Shown here piece after piece: positions 26,201 through 37,401 of a stretch of DNA of 64,000 nucleotides. Where the stretch lies: the NCBI RefSeq assembly GCF_000143415.4, contig NW_003314263.1, positions 3,792,451-3,856,450 of the forward strand. The letters run 5' to 3'. This DNA is from Selaginella moellendorffii (taxonomy: Eukaryota > Plantae > Lycopodiophyta). A program made the translations under genes and the position numbers. Within the stretch, counting starts at the first letter, position 1. Each line of letters begins with the position of its first letter. The notes beneath the pieces are model-generated. The model did not search any database. It was not told the DNA's origin and saw nothing but the letters and a program-made list of their open reading frames with translations.

Positions 26201-27483
26201 CAGCATTCCAAAGCGAATCACCAGTGTGCCTTGACAACTCCATAGCGGTGTTGTAATGCGAGATAGCATCGGCAGGAGAGCCAGCGAGTAGACTGTAATC
26301 TCCCATTGTCTTCTGGACACGCTCCAGCCTCCGCCGTTTGGCTTTGCTAACCTTCGAAGAGTCGATGATCCAACAATCAGCATTTCATTCTTTTCCATAG
26401 ATCAAGCAAGAAAAAACTTTCACCCACCTCTTCGGAGCTGAGCGAGACGTGTGAGTCCATTGGAGTTGTGAGCGTCGCTCCCATGGGCTCCGCGAGAAGA
26501 ACTCGGCTTTCAAAAGCCATGAGGATCGATGCAGCAAAGTCGTGCATCAGAGTTCCGACGTGATGCTTGAGCATTTGCTTGTCAACCGGAGGAAACAGCA
26601 CCATCTGCTGCCTCTTCTTGTCATCCTGCTCCACCTGATTTAAAATTTCACGATCGAATCCATCAGTTCAAAGAAGAACAAAGCAAAGCCAAAGAAAACT
26701 CCTAAGAACTCTAAATGCCAAAAGAGTGAAAGAAACCATTCGGTATGCCAAAAGAATGAAATGGAGATTAAATGAATCCATCAGTTCAATGAAGAACAAC
26801 AGCAAAGCCTACGACAGAAAAGAAAAGTTCTAAGAAATCTAAATGCCAAAAAGAGTGAAAGCAAACACTTTGGTATGCGAAAAGCCTTCTAGAACAAGCA
26901 CAGGTAAATGCCACAAGCCAAAAGAGAGAGCTCGTAAGGCCCACTAGAAAGAAATGTAAGTTCTAGCCACCCCAAAGACAAAGTAAAGGAAGAGAAAACA
27001 AAGAGAGAAAGGAAGAACACCAAAATGCCGCTTCTGGGCAAATGCTGTAAAGAAGGGAATAGAAGCAAATACCTGTTCTTGGGTGGGAGAGAAGGCAAAG
27101 CACCTCCTCGTTTGCGCGGCCGGGTACTCGTTGCAAATCTCCACGAATTTCTCATACGCGGCGTCCAGATCCGCCACATCGGGGCAATGGAGCACGCCAA
27201 TGCAGCCATGGACCTTGCGATGCGCCTGGAAATCCTCCCACTGGCTTCGATTCGCCCTGCCAATCACGAATTGGAAGCGCAGGCATCCATTCTCCCAGGG
27301 CTGGAGACCAAATGGGCTCTTCTGGTCCTCCTTGTAGAAGCTGCTGGTGGCTTGGAGCTCGATCCGGGCGTGCTGGGTCACCATCTCTGTGTAGTCGCGG
27401 AGGCGATGGAGAGGCATCGATCCAACGCCGACCACCACGACACGGATCTTGCATCCATTCTCGATGCACACGTCCGGCTCCAT
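23244..27483 (-). CDS. TRS120: TRAPPII-specific subunit TRS120/TRAPPC9, multi-exon
   Basis: MEPDVCIENGCKIRV..SSFYKEDQKSPF..PW..WEDFQAHRK, GDYSLLAGSPADA, LGYERKSAFFSRQVA, VRAGDPLLAWSA, GPFIYTP, LRIDPYRGCWSL and FLVPGEYSL motifs. Confidence 0.93.
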
Positions 27484-27901
27484 CGCCCAAAAGATGCAAA
27501 ACCTTGATCCTACCTGTTGCCGGACTCGAACACACGACTTTGTCAATTTGTTTACTAAATTAAAAATAATTCAATTATATTATATATATTCTTGTTATTA
27601 TTGATTAAAATTTATTTAAATAAAACATTTAGTTTTAAACATTTCCTATGTTATGTTATTAATATTAACGTATTATTTGTTTAATTACCAACTTTGTACT
27701 CTTGATGATAATGATACTCATCAACCAATCTTTTACTTCAATCTTGAGTTTGTCTCATGTTCAATTTTGCCAACTTTTTGCATATCCTCTAGAAAATCAC
27801 AAACATGAAGCATTATACATAAATACTTTTATGTATAAATTTTATCATTCAACTTTGAAAAATCTAGAAGTTTAAAGTTGTATCGAAGTAGCCTATCAAT
27901 T

Positions 27902-30900
27902 CTACTCCTCAAAAAATGCAGCTTTGAGATCATCTACGGCTTTTTTCCTGGCATCGATTATGTCACGAACGTCCTTCTCGGTCCAAGCGAGAGCACCATC
28001 TCCAGCAACGATTCGGATCAAACTCTGGAAGAAGAGCTTGGTATGATCGCTAGAACCAGATCCAGGAACTCTCACATCCGGCAGCGTAAACTCCTTGCGG
28101 GGCACGTAGAGCATCCCATGGACATACTCCCCGTCTGGATACGTAGCATACGAGTCCTTGGAATGTTTCCGCAGGAAACCAGTGCCATCCTTGAGCATTA
28201 TGTCGAAGTTCTCATCGCCCCTGCTATGACTGCCAATGAAAAAACAAAAATCACAACTTTGATCAGCGAAAAGAAACATTATACTCACCTCCAGACTTTC
28301 ACAACTCGATTGTTCTCCACTTTGACGATGCCGAAAAGAAAATACACGCCATATATCCAGTTGTTGTCGCCCCAAGCCTGAAGAAATATTGGAGCAAAAC
28401 GACCCTTTCTCATATTTGCAATGCCCTCCTTATTGGAAATATAAGCTCCAGCTTGATAGATCTCATTTTTGGTAGCAGTGTCCTGGTTAAAGAACAAACC
28501 AATAGCATGCTAACCATTCCAAGTACAAGGCTTACCCATGTACATTCGACTATCAAAACGGTAACCAGATTGTCCAATGTTTCAACTCGTCGGTCACGAA
28601 CCAAGACCTGGAAGCCATGCTTGGTTTGAGTTTCATTAGAGTCATCAATATCATTTACGTGCTGCAAAAACATTCCATGGATCAAGGAAAACCTGGAAAA
28701 CATTGCAAAGACTTACTTCAGCGTTAACTAGTACGCTCTCAAGATGATCATCGTCGCCTCCTGCTAACCTTGGTGTTCGACTTTCACCATCCACATTCAT
28801 TTCAAGAACTTGACTAGGTGTTAGAGAAACCCTCGGAATAGAATCCGGTTTTGTGATCTTGTAAAGGTCCAGCGTTAACGCTCCATGCACCATGATCTTT
28901 CCAGGCTCTTTGTAAGAACTGCACAAGGGAATCGTTCACATGAACTCAATGGAATTATGGAGACTTACACTGCAGCGTCCAGTGATGCGTCGATAATCTC
29001 TCCCATGGCAGCACGCAAAGCACCCGGGTCCATGGATCTGTTGTCCCCGATTTTGTCGCAAACAATAGGAAACGGCAATTCCTCGACCACTCGAACGAAT
29101 GGATTGTTTGCAACAAAATCATTGTGGTTGTATTGGCTGGGAACTCCCGAAGAATCGCCGCCTGTAAACATTAGATTTAGATCCTAAAACTAAGCCTTCA
29201 AGATGATCACTAATGTTTTTCTTCCCTAAGACATCCTCACTCCCTTTGTTTTTTTTTTTTTTCTTTTTTGATTTTTTACCTTTGTGAGCTAGAAAACTCG
29301 ATGACTTCTAGAACACTCCTCTCTGTTTTTTTTTTTCTGTTTTTTTTTTGTTCTTTTCTTTGATAGCTTATAGAATCTATTAGCTTAGAAAACTGTACGA
29401 CTAACCGGTTTCTTTCATGGATTTTTTGCAGCAGATGGCGAGCGACAAAACTGTTGGAGGTGGAAACGATGCTTTCAACACGTTGACTGGAAAGCATGTC
29501 CCTCGGAGTGTCTTCCTGGACCTTGAGCCGACAGGGGTGGACGTAGTCAGGACCAGAACGTACAGGCAGCTTATCAGTGTCAAGGGCTGCCAAAAAATGC
29601 AGCTTTGAGATCGGCTTTGGCCTTGTTTCTGACGCCGATAATGTCATGAACGTCCTTCTCGGTCCAAGCGAGAGCACCATCTCCAGCAACGATTCGGATC
29701 AAGCTTTGGAAGAACAGCTTGCTGTGGTCGGTGCCTCCAGAGCCGCCAACTGAGACATCCGGCATCTTAAACAGCTTGCGAGGCACATAGAGCATCCCAT
29801 GGACGTACTCTCCGTCTGGATATGTAGCATACAAGTCCTTGGACTGCTTCCGTAGGAAGGTAGTTCCTACTCGAAGCATTTTCTTAAAGTTTTCGCCTCC
29901 TTTGGTACTGCATCAAAATCAAATTGTCAACAACCAAACTAAAAGGAAAACACACAAAGACTTACCTCTGCACTCGCACAACCTGGTTATTCTTCACTTG
30001 GATGTAGCCGAAAAGAAAAAACGCTCCATACATCCAATTATCTCTGCCCCAAGCTTGCAGAAATATTGGTGCAAATCGGCCCTTCTTCATATTCGCAATT
30101 CCATCCTCTTTTGAAACATAAGCTGCCGCCTGATAGATCTTATTTTTGGTAGCCGAGTCCTTACGAAACAGAGACGTTAGCTCCCTCAGGCAAGGCAAGG
30201 GCCAGCACTTACCCACGTACATTCTACAACCAAAGCTGTAACCTGATTGTCACCAGTGTCGCCAGCGATTCGTCGATCGTGAACCAGGAGTTTAAACTCA
30301 TACGTCGTTTTGTCCTTGCCAGTGACATCTTCGGGATCGTCTCCCTCGTGATGGAGCTCAATCTCCTCATTGGAGCTCGTTGTTGAAGCCCTCTCATCCA
30401 CATCTACGCGCTGCAAAAGAGAGTTGTAAATAAAACTAAACAGCAATGAAGGATGGAATGTTACCTCAACCAGAACTGAGATGCCTTCGAAATCCTCTTC
30501 CTCCTCTGTCTCTCCGGCTTCAATCTCATCAGCACTTGCATCCGATGTAGAAGCCCCCGAGGCAGTAGCCCCCGATGTAGCAGCCGCAACAATTGCATCC
30601 GGTGTATCAATCGGCAGTGGAGATGCTGGTTTGGTCAGTTTGTAAAGGTCAAGCGTCAAAGCTCCGTGAACGATGCGTCCGCCAACTTCAGTGGTCGGCT
30701 GCTCGTAAGAACTGCATAAAATCGAACTTGAAACGCATGATCCGAATGCAAACATCACTTACATTGCAGCATCAAGAGATGCGTCGACAATCTCTTCCAT
30801 GGCAGCACGCAAAGCAGCCGGGTCCATGGATTTGCCATCCCCAATTTTGTCACCGGGAATGCGAGTGTTGGGCAGCCGAGGTCAGACCTCGGGTGCCCGG

Positions 30901-31012
30901 CTCCACACCCCCAGCTGGAGTTCCAGTGCATGCGCGGGCTTAAAAACGTTCTGATTGTACTAGCTCGGTGGGAAATTGAGAACATCGATTTCTTTCTTGA
31001 CCTTCTTAGCAC
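27902..31012 (-). pseudogene. Unrecognised multi-exon gene with two tandem copies of a large domain (A 31012-29590, B 29162-27902). A has in-frame stops; B looks open but has no start.
   Basis: Both halves share DKIGD..SMDP.ALRAAM.EI.DASLDAA, VHGALTLDLYK, RFAPIFLQAWG..W.YG and ATYPDGEYVHGMLYVPRK..DH.KLFFQSLIRIVAGDGALAWTEKDV..DLKAAFF, with matching intron positions. Confidence 0.7.
29277..29586 (+). pseudogene. TUA: Inverted alpha-tubulin fragment (intron 1 end + exon 2 of copy 1) with deletions
   Basis: Translates [44 protein letters not shown]. The preceding ctaaccggtttctttcatgga..tgcag matches the intron-1 acceptor region of the 13735-15659 gene. Confidence 0.85.
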
Positions 31013-31384
31013 CTGATAAGATATATGAGAAATTAGTAAAAAACTATTTACAGCTATAATCAAGGAACTCTCGCACAGTCCAACCCTAAAACCAGCTAAG
31101 AGGAGGTCTCAGGTTCAAGTTCATTGGGAACTTTTTACGATTGTCATCTGGTCAATCGGCGCCGTCGGATGGGGCGTTGTGGTCCTCAAATGACAGCAAA
31201 GATCTTGCCTTGTCCTCTTGGCTTATGAGAGTAGAGGATTTCCTGTATTCCATAAAAATTAGAAGATCGTCGTTGGAGTGCAATTGCCACCCAGGAATCA
31301 TAGCGCAGATTGTTGCTTTGGTCACTCTCTTCTCCTCGGCCATCTCCGAGCTTCTCTTGTTCTCCTCCTGGAGAGTAGGAAGAA

Positions 31385-32935
31385 AGAACACACACGAGTT
31401 AGACACACAAGTACAGGAGAGATACCTTGATCGAAGACTTGTTTACGTAGTCGCACGCCGTAGGACCTGCAACGAGCGAGAGAAGCTCCAGTGCAGCAGG
31501 CTTGGTGGATTCTTGCGATTGATAGTAATGGGCTACTTGACGGGGGAAGAACGCAGACTTCCACTCGTAGACAGGAGTTCCGAAAATGCAAGCAACCTCC
31601 ACGAACAGTACAGCCTGGTCGTTGACATTGGTTAAGTTTCTTCCGACTTCCACGGCGTTGCTGAGAAGCTCGCAGACTTCTCTCGACAGCTCGTTTCCTT
31701 CTATGCACCAAAGGCAAAATCTGTTCCTAGAAAATCCGTAAGCTTTTACGGCAGAGGAAGCGAGCCATTTTCAGCTGTGCCTCAACTTCGAATATATACG
31801 CAGAACTGAAAACGAAAGAAAGACAAAGTGAGAATTGTGTTGAGTTTCGAACCGCCTGTATAGCTGAATTGCTTCGTAGTATTTATATCGCACCTCATCC
31901 TCGAGAAGTATGTCTGATTCAACACCCGGGGTTACCTGCAAGCTTCATATATCAGAAACAAAGATGAAAGATGGCGAGAAGAACTTGAGATCTTACGACA
32001 AGAGCGCAAATGCTGCCTTCGATCTCGCCAGCATTCCAAAGCGAATCACCAGTGTGCCCTGACAACTCCATAGCGGTGTTGTAATGCGAGATAGCATAGG
32101 CAGGAGAGCCAGCTAGTAGACTGTAATCTCCCATTGTCTTCTGGACACGCTCCAGCCTCCGCCGTTTGGCTTTGCTAACCTTCGAAGAGTCAATGATCGC
32201 ATTTCATTCCTTTCTCATAGATCAAGCAAGAAAAAACTTTCAATCACCTTGAGCGAGACGTGTGAGTCCATTGGAGTTGTGAGCGTCGCTCCGCAAGAAG
32301 AACTCGGCTTTCAAAAGCCATGAGGATCGACGCAGCAAAGTCGTGCATCAGAGTTCCGACGTGACGCTTGAGGATTTGCTTGTCAACCGGAGGAAACACC
32401 ACCATTTCCTGCCTCTTCTTGTCATCCTGCTCCACTTGGTTTACATGTTTTTACAATCGAATCCATCAGTTCAAGGAAGAACACAAAGCCAAATAAAACT
32501 TCATAGAAGCAAACACGTATGCCAAAAGAATGAAATGAAGATTTAAATGAATCCATCAGTTCAAGGAGGGAAGGAAAAACAAAACTTCTAAAGAATTCCA
32601 AATGCCAAAGAAGACTGAAAGTGAAAGCTTTGGTATGCCAAAAGCATTCTAGAACAAGCAAAGGTAAATGCCACAAACCAAAAGAGCAAGTTCGTCAAAC
32701 CCACTAGAAAAAGAAGTTCTAGACAAAGAAAAGAAAGAGAAAACAAAAAGAGAAAGAAAGAACACAAATGTTGTAAGAAAAAGAATTGAAAAAAGTATCT
32801 GTTTGTGGGTGGAAGAGAAAGGCAAAACACCTCCTTGTTTGCGCGGCCGGGTACTCGTTGCAAATCTCCACGAATTTCTCACACACAGCGTCCGGATCCG
32901 GCACATCGGGGCAATGGAGCACGCCAATGCAGCCA
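31385..32935 (-). pseudogene. TRS120: Partial intron-retaining duplicate of TRS120 (corresponds to ~25550-27210)
   Basis: Nearly collinear with the intact gene including introns (MGDYSLLAGSPAYAISHY, EQDDKKRQEMVVFPPVDK), with many short deletions and frameshifts. Both ends are truncated. Confidence 0.9.
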
Positions 32936-33705
32936 TTTTTGCAAAAATTGAACGCATAGTATCAGTGCGTACATGAACGAATGGATTGTTGGCAGTAAAA
33001 AGACTGGCTTGGAGGCACGGCAAGTACATCAACCTTTTGCTTCTTGATTTACAAAAACTGTAAAACAGATTTTAGCAGCACTACCCAATCTGGATTTTTG
33101 GACCGCGAATGCGGCTGGTAAGGAAGCGCTGATGCGATGCCGATGGATTCAGTGACGTCGTCCATCTCGCTACATGCTTTGGTTTGTGGGATTGGATTCC
33201 TTTGCCGGCTCCATGTCGCTGGCCATGACAATTCGACCGCTCTACAATCTCGTGAAGGAACATCCTCACCAATCATCCAGCATTGCATGCGAGTGAGCAT
33301 CAACGTGCCATGCAGTTCATGCAACCGTTCCCATATTTCTGTGGATCTGATAAAGTATGTGGCATTGTTCCACGATGAAGAATTTTCGCCCGAAGAAATT
33401 TAAGAGCCGTTTTTTCATGGTTGGCTCTGCCACTAAGTCTTCCATTTTTTCTTTTCCGCAGTTTGCTGCCCAAGAAAAAATTGGTTCTTGCAAGAATAAA
33501 CTTGTAGGATTCTCAGGTAGCTCGTTTGGAGATTTTGAGAGTGTGTTGTCTTACTTTTCTTGTTTGAAAGCTTGTCCATGAACACAGGCGGTGGAGATCT
33601 CAAAAAAAGTCTGGGCCTTCGAAGAACATATTGGAGGATTGTCTCGTGGCTTTGTATTCAGGTAGTATAGCTATTGTTCCTGCAGCTTGATCAATCTTTT
33701 TGCAG

Positions 33706-35437
33706 CCATTTTTGCAGTCTTGGGGCAAATACGATTGGATGTATGGTGTGTATTTCTTCTTTGGCTTGGTTGAGCTGACGAATAATCCGGCTGTAAAAGT
33801 GCAAAGGTGAGTAGATTTTTGGTTGTCATTCTTATTGATTCTCTTGCTGTACCAACGAGAAGTATAACTTCAACAAAAAGTTACAAAAATGCACTACTTT
33901 TCTGCGAAGTATTCAAAGGACTCGTCTGCTACGTATCCAAATGGGGAATACATCCATGGTCTGTTGTACTTGCCTCGCGAGGAGTTTATGCTGCCCAACG
34001 TGAAAATGCGTGGCTCCGGTTTATGCGATCACTCGAAGCTCTTCGTTCAGAGCTTGATCCGAATCGTTGCTGGAGACAGTGCTCTAGCTTGGACCGAGAA
34101 GAAGTTTACAACATTATCAATGCCAGGAAAAGATTCAAAGATGATCTCAAAGCTGCATTTTTTGGCAAGTATCCAGCTTCGTCTTTGTATGCTACTGATG
34201 AGGTCGATCTTGTAGTATCTTGTTGCGATCTAAGAAGTAAGCAGCGGAAGATTGATGTCCTTCCCAGCAAATACCACAGTTGTTTTATTGCAAAGAATCC
34301 ATTCGTTCGACTGCTTGAGGAACTGGCGAATCCTATTGCTGGTGACAAGATTGGGACAATCCATGGATTCAGATGCTTTGGGTGCTGCCATGGAAGAGAT
34401 TATTGACGTATCACTGGACGCTGCAGTGTGAGACTCGACAATTCTATTGAATTCATGCGTTTCCTTTTGTATCCCAAAATTTCTTGTGCAGTTCTTACAA
34501 AAAGCCTGGAGCTGGAGGAATCATGGTTCATGGAGCATTAACTCTGGAGCTTCACAAAATCACAAAACCCAATACTGCAACGGCACCTCATGAAGTTTAT
34601 GAAGTGATAATGCGTTATTAACCAAAGTGGAACACCAAGGTTAGCTAGAGGCGATGATGATCATCTTGAGAGCTTACTAGTTGACGCTGAAGTAAGTCTT
34701 ATTCTTTCCACATTTTCCTTCATCTTAAATGTTTTTGCAGGACGCAGATGACTCTGATGAAACTCAAACCGAACATGGCTTCTGGGTCTTGGTTCGTGAC
34801 GGACGAGTTCAAGGATTAAGCGATCTTGTTACGGTTTTGATAGTGGAGCGTACATTGAAGTTTGGAACGTTTAGCATGTTAACTCTTTAACCAGAATACT
34901 GCTACATCAAGCTGGAGCTTGTGTTTCCAAGAAGGATGGCAGTGCAAATATGAGAAGTGGTCGTTTTGCTCCAATCTTTCTGCAAGCTTGGATGGCAGCA
35001 CCCAATATATGGATATATGTATTTTCTTTTCGGCATTGTCGAAGTGGGAACAATCGAGTTGTGAAAGTGTGGAGGTGAGTATAACGTTTCTTTTCGCTGA
35101 TCAAAGTTGCGATTTTTGCAATGAAACGATGAAACGAGTGCCATCCTTGAGCATTTTGTCGAAGTTCTCATCGCATTGCAAGGACTCGAGTGCTACGTAT
35201 CCAGACGGGGAGCACGTCCACGGGATGCTTTGCGTGCCTCGAAAGGAGTTTACGCTACCAAATGTGAGAGTTCCTGGATCTGGTTCTAGCGATCATACCA
35301 AGCTCTTCTTCCAGGGTTTGATCCGAATCGTTGCTGGAGATGGTGCTCTTGATTGGACCGAGAAGGACGTTCGCGAGATTATTGATAGCACGAAAGATGA
35401 TCTCAAAGCTGGATTTTTTTCCGAAAATAATTGGTAG
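33706..35437 (+). pseudogene. Inverted paralogue of the 27902-31012 tandem-domain gene (end of one domain + most of the next), frameshifted
   Basis: Same motifs (IFLQSWG..WMYG, ATYPNGEYIHG, LIRIVAGD.AL.WTEK, DDLKAAFF, NPFVR, VHGALTLEL, RFAPIFLQAW). Frameshift near 34100 and further lesions downstream. Confidence 0.75.
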
Positions 35438-35737
35438 AACTTGATGGATATAGTTTATATTACAACGTTAATAAAAACTGATCTCTCGATATAAATTCCA
35501 GAATCATGGAATTCAAAGTATTCGATTTTTCAAATAATAAACGGGGAAAGACAGAAAGGACAGTGGCATATTCTGTAGAATATTTTGGTATTTAAGTTTA
35601 AGTTTAGCGATTAGGATAAGGCCAAAGCATGTCGCGAGGAATCCCAGCCGTCCGTTGTCGACGAGCGCGCTTCCTTTGTATAAATAGCTAGCTTGGAGTT
35701 CTCTCGTGTGGAGAGAGTTCTAGGGTTTGTTCTTGCG

Positions 35738-37076
35738 ATGGCCGCAGCTCATCTGGATGTCGATCTCACGCCACGATCTCCCAATGCGAGATTGTGCGCC
35801 AACGATGGCGGGATTTACGAGTTTTGGCTCAGCGCCCGCTCCAAGATGTTGAAGGAAGCTCGGGTTGGGGCGTCGCGCTTCAGTCTCAATCCTAGGGGTT
35901 TGCTGATGCCGAAATACTCCGATTCTAATCAGATCTTTTATGTGCTCGAAGGTAAGCAATTGTGAATTTTCTTCTCATGCATGCTAAAATTCCGGGATTT
36001 TCTCTCTCCGTCCAGGAAATGGTAAAGTAGGACTGACTTTTGCGGAGAGTCCCGGCGAATGCGTCAAGCTCGTGAAGAAAGGCGATGCTATCGCTGTTCC
36101 TCACGGCACTGTCAACTGGTGGTTTAACTCTGGCACTTCGAAGTTTAGTGTTTTGTGTCTCGGAGACACGAGCAAAAGCCTCAAAGCTGGAGAATTCACT
36201 GTAAGTTCTTGGATTTTTTTTGTTTTGTTTTTGGTCTTGTTGTGACACTCAATCCGCTTGTAGGATTTCTTCCTGGTCGGTCCTGGTAGCGCTGGACTTC
36301 TCAAAGGTTTTACTCCGGACTTCATCGCCCAAGCATGGGATGTCCCAGAAGAAACGGTGAATACTTTGCTCCATAGCCAGAAGGAAGAGAGGATTGTTTT
36401 GCTCAAGGAAGGCATTTCTATGCCGGAGACAACCGATTTGAGCAACTCTCCCTATGGAGAGTTTGCTTACAACTGCGAGGAGGCAAAGCTCGACGTGGAT
36501 ATAAAAAACGGAGGCAGAGTTTCCGTTGTTTCCAGCGATAGCTTGCCGATCTTCAAGCACGTCGGTCTTGGCGCTGATCTCGTCAAGCTTGATCCGGTAA
36601 GTTTTAGCTGATCACTTGGATCTTATAATCACATTTCTTGCAGCATGCGATGTGCTCGCCAGGATTTTCCTCCGACTCCGCGTACCAAGTCACTTACATT
36701 GTCCGTGGAAGCGGTCGAGTCCAAGTCGTGAACCAAAATGGCGAGAGAGTTATCGATCATATACTGGAGCCCGGCTGCCTGTTTATCGTCCCACGATTCC
36801 ACGTCGTCTCAAAGCGAGCAGGAGAAAATGGAATGGAATGGTTCTCGATCATCACCACCGAGAAGTAAGTTCTCTTCTTTTCCTTCCGAGGTTCTGATCG
36901 ACCCAATTTTTTGCTGGAAAAACAGGCCAGTGTTCTCTCATCTCGCTGGAAGAACTGGCGTGATCAAGAGCTTGTCGCCCAAAACGATTTGCGCGGCTTT
37001 TAACGTGGAAGATGGAGTTGAGAAGGAGCTGCGGTCTCGCAGGACAAACGACGCCATCTTCTTCCCACCCAAATAA
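35738..37076 (+). CDS. Bicupin 11S globulin/glutelin-like protein, multi-exon
   Basis: DLTPR..DGGIY..W..LNPRGLLMPKYSDS..YVLEG; KKGDAIAVPHGTVNWWFNSG; AMCSPGFSSDSAYQVTYIVRGSGRVQVV..LFIVPRFHVVSK..GMEWFSIITT..AIFFPPK*. TATAAATA at about 35678. Confidence 0.9.
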
Positions 37077-37401
37077 GATGAAGTCAATGCAAGTCAATAC
37101 AGAGTCAACTCTGTCAATGCGCAATAAAGCTCATTGAGAATTTTTATTCCAAATAAATTCTAGGGTTTATCATCGCATCGCATCGCGCGCGCGAGGGCGC
37201 TGCTTCGTCCTGGCCGATCCGGTAAGCTGCCAGAATGAGATTCTCGGCAATGTAGGACAGGAGATTTGAGCATCGAGGATTGCCAAACTCTAGAACAAAC
37301 GGAGCAAACACTCTCTTCACGATGTCTGGAAGAATTTCGAATGCTTTGATGCTGGAAGGTAGAGCCACACATTTTTTATCCTAGTGACAAAACCATTCGC
37401 T

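Noticed and set aside
33049-33403. Short ORFs between the TRS120 remnant and the inverted family copy
   Set aside because: Could not be assigned to any family; frames are interrupted.
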